Shown here: positions 29,878-39,664 of the stretch, one piece after another
Position numbering within the stretch: the first letter of the stretch is position 1
Layout of the letters: each line of letters begins with the position of its first letter
From: Spirochaetota bacterium
GTDB taxonomy: Bacteria > Spirochaetota > UBA4802 > UBA5550
NCBI GenBank assembly: GCA_963664815.2
Contig: CAXXHB010000003.1
Coordinates: 96,001-160,000, forward strand
Reading direction: 5' to 3'
Length of the DNA: 64,000 nt
Notes under the pieces: model-generated
The model's database searches: none
Seen by the model: only the letters and a program-made list of their open reading frames with translations
What the model was told of the DNA's origin: nothing
Translations under genes and position numbers: made by a program

Positions 29878-31842
29878 ATGGATAGTGAACAGAACAGAAA
29901 ACGCCTTGAGAGGCAGGCAAGATCTCTTATATTGTCAAAAGAAATCTCTATAGAAGACAGAGATAAAATAAACTCATTAATGAGAAACCAGGAGATCTCT
30001 TTTGAGGTGAGATTTACAAATATTATTAATATTCTGAAAAAATCGCCCGATAAGGAAATTGCTGATATAGAGGATGAAGTTCCTGATATTAAAAAGCCTG
30101 TACCTGCAAAAAAAGCTTCACTGTCACCAGCTGTGAAAATACAGACTTCAGCTATTCAGCAGGCAACAAGAAGATACCCCGACATTAATGGACCTACCGA
30201 GACTAAGCTTTATATAAATGATATATACTTAAAATACAGAAGATATAAGCTTTTTAAAAAAAGACATCTTGCAAGGAGAGAAAACAGGTTTGGTATAGGT
30301 TTCAGCAAAAGGCTAATCCCGACAAAAAAATTCCTTGTTCTTATGAATGAGATAAAGGCGTTTCAGGAGAGCATACTTTCCCGTCTGCCGCAGATTCTTG
30401 AACGCATTCTGAAAGATGAATCGATTGAAACGCCGCTTGAATTTAACTATCTCCGGCAGATGAGAAGATGGATGATTATATCACCTTTCACTTCGATACC
30501 TTTAGAAAGACTCAAATGGATGGAGCAATGGGATTTTGAACGTGAACTTAAATCATATGCAGTTCATTTTCATTCTTTTTTACGGGTTGAGAGTGAAACG
30601 AGAGAGCAGGTATTGTCTATGGTGGAAAGGTTTCTTCGAGAAGAACCTGATCTTCTGAAGGAGGAGATATCTGAAAATGATGATCGGGGAGATGCCATCC
30701 GGAAAGAGAATGAAAACTACCGGAAGGAAAAGTACATATTTGAATATCTCGGGGAGATCAGGTCTTTTATGGCAATCCATGGTGAAGCGGACAGTCTCCT
30801 GGCCGCGTTTTTAAAAAAAAAATACGAGATATTTACACTGGAAGATCTGTTGAATATAGCCATTGAAGCACTTGTTTTTCAGAGACCGTTTTCCGGTTCT
30901 GAGCTCAGAGAATATTTTGAAATCAGACCTATGAGTATCAGCAGTGAAATATGGGATATCAGCAGCGCGAGGTTAAAAATTTACGGAAAGGATCCGGAAT
31001 CAAAAAGAAGAAGACAGGTTGAAAAGCTGAAGAAAGATCTTTTATGGTACGAAACAATTTACCGGATAATCAGAGTTGATGAAAACGGGGAGAGTATACT
31101 TGTAAAATCAGTTGATGACCAGTGGAAATATGCAGACCGCATAAACAGGGATGCCGGAGATTCGTACAAGAATAACTTTATTGTTTTTCTTGAAGGGATG
31201 ATCTGTTATTTTAAAAATTTATTTATCCCGGTGCTTAATGGCGATCCGCTTTTTTTTGATCTGTATGGTAATATCGCTGAAGGGGCCATTTTCTCTCACG
31301 AGTTTTTCATTGAAGAGATAGGGGAGATAGAACAGCTCGCTGTAGATGTTTACAATTTCAGAAATCTTAATCCAACATTGAAAATAACAGAGGATGAGCT
31401 GAAAAAGATTGTAGCGGGAAAGATTTCATCAATGGATCATGTTGAGGGCATTGTTTTTAAGGCCGGGAGCTGTTTCTACGCATTTGCGAACAGTCTTCAT
31501 GAAGTTTATCATAATCATATCAGGGCCATGGAAAAGACCGGGAAATCAGAGTTAAAGACTGCTCCACTGAATCCTGAAGATAAAAATTCTGAAGTCTTTA
31601 TTCCATACAGCGTATGTATGTTTAAAGAATTTGAACCTCAGACTCCGCTGTTAAAAAGAATATCCGGGAAAAAAATATTAAGCAGTTCAACTAAAGGTGG
31701 AGTTATAGTTTTTATCATGGCATACTGTTACCAGGCTGCTCTTGTCTGCGGTTACCCCCAGCTGCAGAATGATCTGGGGAAGAGGGATATCATCAGACGA
31801 CAGATAAAGGATCTGCAGGGAGAGGGGAATGCTTCTGAATGA
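29878..31842 (+). CDS. Hypothetical cytoplasmic protein, 654 aa
   Basis: Long ORF with TTGACT/TATAAA promoter-like element upstream; overlaps the next gene by 14 nt; no motif recognised. Confidence 0.8.
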   Translation: MDSEQNRKRLERQARSLILSKEISIEDRDKINSLMRNQEISFEVRFTNIINILKKSPDKEIADIEDEVPDIKKPVPAKKASLSPAVKIQTSAIQQATRRYPDINGPTETKLYINDIYLKYRRYKLFKKRHLARRENRFGIGFSKRLIPTKKFLVLMNEIKAFQESILSRLPQILERILKDESIETPLEFNYLRQMRRWMIISPFTSIPLERLKWMEQWDFERELKSYAVHFHSFLRVESETREQVLSMVERFLREEPDLLKEEISENDDRGDAIRKENENYRKEKYIFEYLGEIRSFMAIHGEADSLLAAFLKKKYEIFTLEDLLNIAIEALVFQRPFSGSELREYFEIRPMSISSEIWDISSARLKIYGKDPESKRRRQVEKLKKDLLWYETIYRIIRVDENGESILVKSVDDQWKYADRINRDAGDSYKNNFIVFLEGMICYFKNLFIPVLNGDPLFFDLYGNIAEGAIFSHEFFIEEIGEIEQLAVDVYNFRNLNPTLKITEDELKKIVAGKISSMDHVEGIVFKAGSCFYAFANSLHEVYHNHIRAMEKTGKSELKTAPLNPEDKNSEVFIPYSVCMFKEFEPQTPLLKRISGKKILSSSTKGGVIVFIMAYCYQAALVCGYPQLQNDLGKRDIIRRQIKDLQGEGNASE

Positions 31843-33997
31843 TAACAGGGTAACCCTGCAGGGGGAGAATGGCCTTGTCGAGATAGAAAGAAATGAACAT
31901 GGCGTCCCGGTAATTTCCGCTTATACGTTTAAAGACGCCTCTTTTGCGCTGGGCTGGGTTCATGCCAATGACCGGCAGCTGCAGATGATGCTGACAAGAA
32001 TAGTATTCCAGGGGAGAGCCTCTGAAAAAATTGCCGCTTCCAGGGATTTAATTGAGGCGGATAAATATATAAGATCACTTAACCTTTATCCTGATATTGA
32101 AAGACAGAAAATGCTAATTGACAGGGATGTCCGTGAATGTACTGAGTTTTATGCAGCGGGGGTAAACAGATATATAGAAGAGGGTGGTACGCTTTTTGAA
32201 TTTAAACTTCTGAAATGCGAACCTGAACTATGGAAGATTGAAGATACTATGATGCTGGCAAAGGTTTTTGCCTATTTCGGACTGATCGATGTCCAAGGGA
32301 ACATGGAAAAGCTTATTGTTCAGATGGTACAAAACGGAATGGACGGGATGAAAATACGAGAACTTTTCCCATCCATTACTGAAACAATAGATGTGGAACT
32401 TTTAAAAAAGGTTAAACTCTCCCCTCCGGTTGTTCCAGGCGCGGCAAAGTGGCTTGCAAATATACCAAGGTTTACCGGGAGCAACAACTGGGCTGTTTCC
32501 GGAAGACTCACTGAAAGCGGAATGCCCATACTCTGCGGTGATCCGCATCTTGAAGTTAACAGAATGCCGGCAATCTGGCATGAAGTAGTTATCAGACTGC
32601 CGGAAGATACAATTGCCGGATTCACTGTCCCCGGAGCTCCTGCCGTATTGGTCGGAAGAAACAGAAATCTCGCTTTCTCTCCGACCTATACATTTATGGA
32701 CATGATAGATTTCCGTATTGAGGAGTGCCGTAATGGCAGATACAGACGCGGTAACAGATGGCACCTTTTTGATCTGAAACAGGATATAATAAAAACAAAA
32801 AAAGGGGAAGAGATAAAGGTTGATATTTATGAAAACGAGTTCGGAATACTTGAGGGAGATCCCTGGACAGACGGATTTTATCTTATACGGTCATGGTCGG
32901 CAGGGAGAGATTGCGGGGCGGGTGAACTTAATGTTTTTTTCAATCTGATGAAGGCTAAAACTGTAAGGGAGGCCATGAAACATTATCGTGACCTTGATGC
33001 TTCATCTTTTAATTTTGTAATGGCCGATACCGGAAAGAATATAGGTTACCAGATGAGCGGCAGAATGTTTAACCGTCCAGATGGCGTCAGCGGACTTATA
33101 CCTCTTCCGGCGTGGGAGAGCAGGTATAATAACCGAGGATATGTGTCTAAGAACAGGCTCCCGTCACTCTATAATCCTATCAATGGGGTAATTGTAACGG
33201 CCAACCAGGATCTCAATCATCTTGGGACATCCAGCCCGATAAATCTTCCTATGGCGACCTACAGGGCAGAGAGAATTGAACAGCTTCTGAAAAAGAGGAA
33301 GAAACTCGGAACTGAATATATGAAAGAGATTCACTATGATCTCTACTCAATTCAGGCTGAGAGGATAATAAGTATACTGCTTCCATATCTCCCTGATACA
33401 AAAAAGGGGAGGATATTAAAAACGTGGGATTTCAGGTATACACAGGATTCTGTCGGCGCTGCATTGTTTGAAAACATCTACAGATCTATGATAGAAGCAG
33501 TTTTCGGAGACAACGGTTTCGGGAGAGATACGGTGAATTACCTATTCTCTGAAACAAGTATCTTCAACGATTACTATGGGAATTTTGACAACATTCTTCT
33601 TAATAAAAAATCATGCTGGTTTAAAAACATTTCCCGTGAGGATATTTTAAAAAGGGCAATCCGCGAAGGTTTAAAAAAGAAATCAGCTCCCTACGGGAAA
33701 AAAAGGAAAATTTTCTTTAAACATCTTCTGTTTGCCGGTAGAATACCTTCATTTATTGGACTTGACTACGGTCCGGTTACTCTTCCCGGAGGGAGGGCGA
33801 CTGTAGTCCAGGGGCAGATATTCAGATCAGCCGGACGTGAAACAACATTCAGCCCCTCATGCAGAATAATTGCCGATATGGCGGATGGATATCTGCTGAC
33901 GAATACCACCGGGGGCAATTGTGATCGTCCATTTACAAAGTGGTATAAGAATAATTTCAACGACTGGTTAAACGGAATATATAAAAAACTGTCATGA
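31829..33997 (+). CDS. Penicillin acylase family (peptidase S45) Ntn-hydrolase
   Basis: RNEHGVPVI, GWVHANDR, GSNNWAVSG (beta-chain Ser), DPHL, NFVMAD..GNIGY-like segment, TANQ. Confidence 0.95.
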   Translation: MLLNDNRVTLQGENGLVEIERNEHGVPVISAYTFKDASFALGWVHANDRQLQMMLTRIVFQGRASEKIAASRDLIEADKYIRSLNLYPDIERQKMLIDRDVRECTEFYAAGVNRYIEEGGTLFEFKLLKCEPELWKIEDTMMLAKVFAYFGLIDVQGNMEKLIVQMVQNGMDGMKIRELFPSITETIDVELLKKVKLSPPVVPGAAKWLANIPRFTGSNNWAVSGRLTESGMPILCGDPHLEVNRMPAIWHEVVIRLPEDTIAGFTVPGAPAVLVGRNRNLAFSPTYTFMDMIDFRIEECRNGRYRRGNRWHLFDLKQDIIKTKKGEEIKVDIYENEFGILEGDPWTDGFYLIRSWSAGRDCGAGELNVFFNLMKAKTVREAMKHYRDLDASSFNFVMADTGKNIGYQMSGRMFNRPDGVSGLIPLPAWESRYNNRGYVSKNRLPSLYNPINGVIVTANQDLNHLGTSSPINLPMATYRAERIEQLLKKRKKLGTEYMKEIHYDLYSIQAERIISILLPYLPDTKKGRILKTWDFRYTQDSVGAALFENIYRSMIEAVFGDNGFGRDTVNYLFSETSIFNDYYGNFDNILLNKKSCWFKNISREDILKRAIREGLKKKSAPYGKKRKIFFKHLLFAGRIPSFIGLDYGPVTLPGGRATVVQGQIFRSAGRETTFSPSCRIIADMADGYLLTNTTGGNCDRPFTKWYKNNFNDWLNGIYKKLS

Positions 33998-34004
33998 TTT
34001 ATTC

Positions 34005-34032
34005 TTGACAGTATCAGTAAAAATGTTATTAT
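34005..34032 (+). promoter_or_regulatory. Putative sigma70 promoter of the small lipoprotein gene
   Basis: TTGACA (34005-34010), 16-nt spacer, extended TGnTATTAT. Confidence 0.6.
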
Positions 34033-34192
34033 AAAGAATATCATTGCTTATGAAAAAGTATATCCTGTGATTGTGTTATTGCTTCAAGGTAATCACTTTT
34101 ACAGGATTTTAGAGAGTAAATGGGGCGGGGCGGTGTAAATTAACATTAATAATCCCCCCTGCAGGTGTAAAACTGAATTTTGAGGAGGGTTT

Positions 34193-34480
34193 ATGCGTTT
34201 CTGGAATTTATTACTTGTACTGGCCATTACACTTTCATTGGCGGCAGGCTGCGGTTCAAAAAATAAGGCTATGTCTGTTGAGGATTATGTAAAGATAGAG
34301 AGTGAAATAGAAATACCCGATCCTGAGCTTGATCCTGCGAGGGTGGAGACAATTACATCAAAATACGGATTTACATATAATCAGTATAAAGAATTCTATG
34401 ATAAAGTCAGAAAAGATCCTGAACTTCAGGAAAAGCTTGGAGAAGTTACCCTGAAGAAACAGAAATCCGGAGGGAAATAA
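34193..34480 (+). CDS. Small hypothetical lipoprotein
   Basis: GAGGAGG RBS; lipobox LAAGC. Confidence 0.85.
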   Translation: MRFWNLLLVLAITLSLAAGCGSKNKAMSVEDYVKIESEIEIPDPELDPARVETITSKYGFTYNQYKEFYDKVRKDPELQEKLGEVTLKKQKSGGK

Positions 34481-34488
34481 ATAAGGGA

Positions 34489-34965
34489 TTATTCCTTCCT
34501 TATTTTTCTGTGCTCAAATATCCATTCCCTGTCTGTTGAAGCATAAATAATTCCGTAGCTTCCATCAGACAGGTTTCCCGGATTAAAGAGGAGAGGGTTC
34601 CCTTCCCTGATAAGCTGTTCGTGTGTATGTCCGAAAAGGACAACTCCGGCATCATGGTTTTTTGCTTCCTTCATCAGGTGTCTGAGGCTGTTTTTAACCT
34701 CAAATTGATGTCCGTGGGTGATCATTACTGTCCGGCCTGAAATCTCTTCTTTTAAAATATCTTCCGCATCGCAGCCTGAATAGAAATCTGTGTTTCCAAG
34801 TACCATCATTACATCGCTGTTTCCGGGAATTTCCGCCGAGCATATATCCTTTATGCCATCGCCGCAATGAATTATTATGTCAAAAGGGTAACATATGTCA
34901 ATGACCCGGTTGAGCATCTCCCTGTTTCCGTGAGTATCCGAAATGACTAAAATAGTTTTACCCAC
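34489..34965 (-). CDS. Metallophosphoesterase, YfcE/MJ0936 family
   Basis: SDTHG, HCGD, GNTD, THGH, FGHTH and NPG motifs. Confidence 0.93.
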   Translation of the reverse strand: MGKTILVISDTHGNREMLNRVIDICYPFDIIIHCGDGIKDICSAEIPGNSDVMMVLGNTDFYSGCDAEDILKEEISGRTVMITHGHQFEVKNSLRHLMKEAKNHDAGVVLFGHTHEQLIREGNPLLFNPGNLSDGSYGIIYASTDREWIFEHRKIRKE

Positions 34966-36065
34966 TATTTCTTCCTTATTATCATGGCAGTGCAGTCATC
35001 TGATCTTATGAATTTCTCATTGGAAATATCCGCAATGAGTTCATTGAACGAGTCGCGGCCGTTAAATTCGCCGGTTCCGAGCTTATTAATAAACCTGCTG
35101 AGTTCAACCTGGTGAAATTCATCGTCTATTATATCAAGAAGGCCGTCAGTGTAGATAAAAAGAATCTGGTTTTTATCGAGAACGGCGTTATATGTTGTAT
35201 ACTTCACATTATTGATGGGGCCGAGAAAGGGATCATTTTCACCGATTTCCGTTACTTTTTCTTTCCCGATAATATAAGGCTTGGGATGACCGGCATTTGA
35301 ATACTTTATCTCCCCGCTTTTACAGTCAATAAGGCAGCAGAACATAGTAACAAAAGATTCAACCGGGAGATTGGCTGAGAGTTCCTGGTTAACTATGGTC
35401 ATGATAGTGCCCGGATCCTCCGATGTCTTTATTGCGTTGCGGAAAACCATCTTTACAATTGCTGTAAACATTGAAGCTGAGATACTGTGACCCGAAACAT
35501 CGGCCACAAAAATCAGAATACTGTCGTTGCGGAAATGAATGTAATCATAAAGATCACCGCCGATATCAGAAAGGGGGAGATTCCATGTATAGATATCAAT
35601 ATCTTCCGAAATGAAGTCAGGCTCGGGGAAAATATACTTCTGCAGCTTTTTTGCCATAAAGAGTTCAACTTTCATAAACTCATTGAAATCAAGGATTTCA
35701 CCGATTTTAATGCCGTTTTCAATCCTTTTAAGCATAACCTCCGTCTGTTCAGGTTTAGTAATAAAATCGTAAGCGCCAAGCCTGTAACTTTCTATTCTTA
35801 AATCCGCATCGTGATATCCCGAAACCATAAGTACCGGTTTATTTGTCAGCTTAAATTTTCTTATATGGCGGAGCACGTCTATTCCGTTCATGTTGGGCAT
35901 GTGCATATCGAGTATGATCAGGTCAACGTAGAGAGATTCAAGCATTTCTATCGCTTCTTTCCCGTCAGAAGCGGTAAAAACAGAATAACCGGAACGGAGC
36001 AGGATTTTTTTCATGAAATCTTTTACAGGCGCTTCATCATCAATAAGAAGTATTCTTTTTTTCAT
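34965..36065 (-). CDS. Response regulator receiver fused to SpoIIE/PP2C phosphatase (RsbU-like)
   Basis: REC (LIDD, LDMHMP, KP) plus GGDLYD, ADVSGH, NAGHP, YTDG and DDCT motifs. Confidence 0.93.
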   Translation of the reverse strand: MKKRILLIDDEAPVKDFMKKILLRSGYSVFTASDGKEAIEMLESLYVDLIILDMHMPNMNGIDVLRHIRKFKLTNKPVLMVSGYHDADLRIESYRLGAYDFITKPEQTEVMLKRIENGIKIGEILDFNEFMKVELFMAKKLQKYIFPEPDFISEDIDIYTWNLPLSDIGGDLYDYIHFRNDSILIFVADVSGHSISASMFTAIVKMVFRNAIKTSEDPGTIMTIVNQELSANLPVESFVTMFCCLIDCKSGEIKYSNAGHPKPYIIGKEKVTEIGENDPFLGPINNVKYTTYNAVLDKNQILFIYTDGLLDIIDDEFHQVELSRFINKLGTGEFNGRDSFNELIADISNEKFIRSDDCTAMIIRKK

Positions 36066-36269
36066 TATGAGATTTTATATCCGGTATATTATTTATATAA
36101 TTATAATGAATATTATAATTAAAAGTCAAATATAAATTTGAACTTATCGTGTCTGTGAAAATCAGGGATTATAAACAGTGGTGTTAATGTTTTTTTAAAC
36201 CACCTGAATTTTTTTATTCACGGTTTCTGAAGGTAGAAACAGGATGTGGATGGTTTTAAAAGAGGGATG

Positions 36270-36794
36270 TCAGTTAAACATACTTCCACAGGCCGGGCAT
36301 TTCCCGGTTTCACCTTTATAAATTACCTGGGAAAGAGAAGCGCCGCAGTTAGGGCAGAATGAGATCTTTTTTATCTCATTGAGTGATTCAGAGATGAAGA
36401 ATTCTCCTGTAGTTCTGTCCATGTTGCCGTTTACAAGATGGAGTTCTATGGCTGTATTTAAAAGTTTTTCAGCTTCAATTTCGTTTAAACTGAATTTTTT
36501 CGCTATTTCAGCAATGCTGATTCTGCGGTATGTCCTGATAAGTGTGGCCAGTTGTTTAAGGGTCTCTTCCAGTTTCGTAAGTTTTACGCCTGACATGTAA
36601 AGCCTTATACCTGGAATAATTATGGCGAATGAAAAAACACCTACAATTATTCCCATATTTATATCTTCTTTTTTACCTGTTTGAATGCCGGAGACATAGC
36701 CGAAGATAGCTATTATAAGCAGCAAAGCCCCTGCTATTGCTATAATTATGCCGGTTGTCTTTTTTAAGGTGTCTTTAAAAAAAAATAATTTCAT
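36270..36794 (-). CDS. Membrane protein: 2 TM + PCI-like winged helix + C-terminal zinc ribbon
   Basis: Two TM helices; YRRISIAEIAKKFSLNEIEAEKLLNTAIELHLVNGNMDRTTGEF; CPNC...CPAC; GAGG RBS. Confidence 0.75.
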   Translation of the reverse strand: MKLFFFKDTLKKTTGIIIAIAGALLLIIAIFGYVSGIQTGKKEDINMGIIVGVFSFAIIIPGIRLYMSGVKLTKLEETLKQLATLIRTYRRISIAEIAKKFSLNEIEAEKLLNTAIELHLVNGNMDRTTGEFFISESLNEIKKISFCPNCGASLSQVIYKGETGKCPACGSMFN

Positions 36795-36811
36795 CTGGAA
36801 AGTCCCTCATT

Positions 36812-37243
36812 TTATTCGGATGCTTTAAATGTTTTCCTTTCAATAATATATGCTGTAAAACCGGCCAATGAAACAAGAAGGAGAAAAAAAGCGGTTTTTA
36901 TCCCGAGTAGGGATCCTGATTCCCTTCTTTTTAAAACAAGTTCAAGGTATATCCGTTCATCCGGCCTGAGTTCCATGGTATTAAAAATTTTATTGTCGAA
37001 ATATCTCAGGGAGTTTTTAACAGCCATCCCGTCAGAATCCCAGTATTTGTAACCGCCGAAAATCTGCGGTTCCCTTAGTAAAATGTATCCCTCTTTCATT
37101 GTGGCGACAGATGAAACAAGAGCTTTCGCCTTTGGCTCAATTACAAACCTGGAGTAGAGAGATACGCCGCCGATAAGCAGAGCAATGATAATCGATGAAA
37201 TTATAAGTGCAAGATATATTTTAGTGTCGTTTATACTTTTCAT
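36812..37243 (-). CDS. Hypothetical 2-TM membrane protein
   Basis: Hydrophobic helices at both ends around a ~85-aa loop; 1-nt overlap with upstream gene. Confidence 0.8.
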   Translation of the reverse strand: MKSINDTKIYLALIISSIIIALLIGGVSLYSRFVIEPKAKALVSSVATMKEGYILLREPQIFGGYKYWDSDGMAVKNSLRYFDNKIFNTMELRPDERIYLELVLKRRESGSLLGIKTAFFLLLVSLAGFTAYIIERKTFKASE

Positions 37244-37728
37244 TATTTGATTTTACTCCGTAAAAGTTCAATTATATCCATTTTTTCGAGGGTAAGTTTT
37301 TTTAATACGATGTTTTTATCTTCAATAAACCTGTTCCCCTGCTCCTCTCCGGATTCAATCTGTTCTTTTTTAATCGATAAAAGCTCAAAAAGAGGAGAGC
37401 ATTGGTCCGGGTTGAGTTCAATTTTTTCTTCAATAATACCGGTTTCAAATGGCAGAATGGCTTCAGATTTAAAGGGGATGGAGAGAATAACTGCGCCTGA
37501 ATTATTCAGTATTTCGATTAGTCCCCCAACATTTACAAATGCAGTGCTGTCATTCTCGTTTTTCAGCCCGCAGTTGAAAAAAACAACAAACTTTTTTTCA
37601 TTTCCCTTTTCTTCCACTCCGATTTTTACAGATGGAGAAAGAGGTATTTCGGGTCTTTTTACACATGCAGTCAATGCAATCAACAGGGAGAGGGAAAAAA
37701 TGAGTTCTTTTTTCAGAAATTTTAACAT
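37243..37728 (-). CDS. Hypothetical lipoprotein with beta-rich (Ig/FxLYD-like) body
   Basis: Lipobox LTAC; GLKNEND..AFVNV...IEILNNSG...ILPFET pattern. Confidence 0.7.
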   Translation of the reverse strand: MLKFLKKELIFSLSLLIALTACVKRPEIPLSPSVKIGVEEKGNEKKFVVFFNCGLKNENDSTAFVNVGGLIEILNNSGAVILSIPFKSEAILPFETGIIEEKIELNPDQCSPLFELLSIKKEQIESGEEQGNRFIEDKNIVLKKLTLEKMDIIELLRSKIK

Positions 37729-38122
37729 TAATCAGCGCTCCGGATATCTTTATACAGAATTGATGCATATCCGTTATTATAAAGTCAAGAAAAATAACAG
37801 GATTCATTATTATATGGGGGTGTATATTGTCTGAACACGATTTTGTGATTACGGGATTGTCATGATTATGCCGTAGTGTCACATGTAGTATTCTGATGCA
37901 GAATCTTGAGTTCATCAGTTCAAATAATAAATATAATAAATCATACATCCGGACAAAAATTTATCACAAACAGCAGAGTGGACATCCTGTAAATCATTGA
38001 AATTGATAAATTGTGTTAAAATTTTACCAGTTATTATACGGTAAAGCTTATAAATCCTTATTGCATTAAGTTGATATATCCGCATTTGAATAAAAAAATG
38101 GGTTAGATGTCGTAAAAAATTA

Positions 38123-38150
38123 TTGACAAAAGCGATTGGCGTTATAGCAT
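38123..38150 (+). promoter_or_regulatory. Putative sigma70 promoter of the porin gene
   Basis: TTGACA (38123-38128), 16-nt spacer, TAGCAT (38145-38150). Confidence 0.55.
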
Positions 38151-38199
38151 TAAGAATACAGTTTTTTAAGCTGAAAAATTAAAAAAATAGGAGAGCACA

Positions 38200-39603
38200 A
38201 TGAAAAGACTTTTATTAGTTCTATTATTTGTTGTTGGTGTTTCAACGGCATATGCTGCTGAATTGAAACTCAGCGGAGATGCTATGGTCCGTGGTAATTA
38301 CAACAGCACAAAAACAGATGAATCAGGTGCAGCAAGATATTCTTCCGGATATTTTGATTATGATTTCAACATTTTCGGTGATATCGTTCTCAACGAAAAT
38401 GCAACAATCAAAACAAAACTAACATATGACAAAGATGTTAAAGGCTCAGGTAAAGTTGCTGACAGTGCATCAGATTCCAATCTTACGGTTGAAAGAATGT
38501 ATATTAACTATAAATTCCATCCTGCACTACAGTTAAACACAGGCCTTATGGGTGGCGGACAGTGGGCAACTACTTTCGGCGACACAGAAATAAACGTAAT
38601 GAGAGTTCAGGCTGTTGGTGCTCTTTCTGAAGATCTGGTTTTCCTTTTCACATATGAAAAACAAGATGATCAGGGTGGAAAATATTCATCAGTTCATAAA
38701 GCTGACAGAGATGATACAACAGTATACTATCTCTGCGGAGTTTTGAAGTTTGCTCCTATAACAGTTAAACCTCTTTTTACTTATGCTCAGAAAGGTATTT
38801 CCGGAAGAACGATTGATGCAGCATATGATTATGATGCATTATGGACTACAACATATTGGGATACATTTACTGGAAGTAATGCAGCTGTTGCTTATGCAAC
38901 TGCAGATGGAACTGTTACTGCAACTCAAGCTGCTTTGTCCGCAATAAAAGAGCATAAAATTACAACCAAAGCTTTTAATCTTGGACTCGATGGTGATTTC
39001 GGAGTGATAGGCTTTACCTCTGAATTTGCATACAAAAAAATTGATACAGACGGCTTTAAGGATGAATCTACAACAGCAGCATCAGTTGCGGCTAAAAAAG
39101 GTATAGCTGATTCAAAAACATACGGTGCATATGTAGATATATTTGCAAAAATTGATCCTGCAAAAGTCGGTTTTGCATTTGCTTACGGTTCATCAGATGA
39201 AAAAGATGGTTCTTACAACTGGGGCGCAGACTTCGATTTTACAACTGTAGTTGACGATCTTTACTGGGGCGCAGATCAGGGTATGGCTGGTATGACAGCA
39301 TATAAACTTTATGCTGAAGCTAAAGCTGACAAACTCACTGTATTTGTAGCCGGTATTTATGGCGCAGCAACAGACAAGAAAGTTGCTAAAATAACTACTC
39401 TTAACACTACAGATCAGACAAAAAATGTTACAGGAAAAGATCTTTCATTCATGGAAGTTGATGCAAGTATAGCTTATGCTTTTGATGCAAACTCAACTTA
39501 TACAGTTGGTGGCGGATATGCAGCTATGACAGATGGTGACGGCACAAAAGATGTCGTAACTGGTGCATACAACGTATACCACAAATTCGCACTTAAGTTC
39601 TAA
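38200..39603 (+). CDS. Probable major outer-membrane beta-barrel protein (porin)
   Basis: AYA signal-peptidase site, ELKLSGD first strand, alternating aromatic/aliphatic strands, C-terminal Phe; biased codon usage (GCA/GCT, ACA); AGGAG RBS. Confidence 0.8.
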   Translation: MKRLLLVLLFVVGVSTAYAAELKLSGDAMVRGNYNSTKTDESGAARYSSGYFDYDFNIFGDIVLNENATIKTKLTYDKDVKGSGKVADSASDSNLTVERMYINYKFHPALQLNTGLMGGGQWATTFGDTEINVMRVQAVGALSEDLVFLFTYEKQDDQGGKYSSVHKADRDDTTVYYLCGVLKFAPITVKPLFTYAQKGISGRTIDAAYDYDALWTTTYWDTFTGSNAAVAYATADGTVTATQAALSAIKEHKITTKAFNLGLDGDFGVIGFTSEFAYKKIDTDGFKDESTTAASVAAKKGIADSKTYGAYVDIFAKIDPAKVGFAFAYGSSDEKDGSYNWGADFDFTTVVDDLYWGADQGMAGMTAYKLYAEAKADKLTVFVAGIYGAATDKKVAKITTLNTTDQTKNVTGKDLSFMEVDASIAYAFDANSTYTVGGGYAAMTDGDGTKDVVTGAYNVYHKFALKF

Positions 39604-39630
39604 GAAATAATAAAAATTTTTAAACTATAT

Positions 39631-39664
39631 AAAAGGGGCGCTTGAAGTAAGCGCCTCTTTTTTT
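39631..39664 (+). terminator. Intrinsic terminator of the porin gene
   Basis: AAAAGGGGCGCTT-GAAGT-AAGCGCCTCTTTTTTT. Confidence 0.9.

Noticed and set aside
37247-37948. 195-aa plus-strand and 116-aa minus-strand ORFs over the lipoprotein gene and intergenic region
   Set aside because: They overlap a better-supported lipoprotein gene and have non-protein-like composition.
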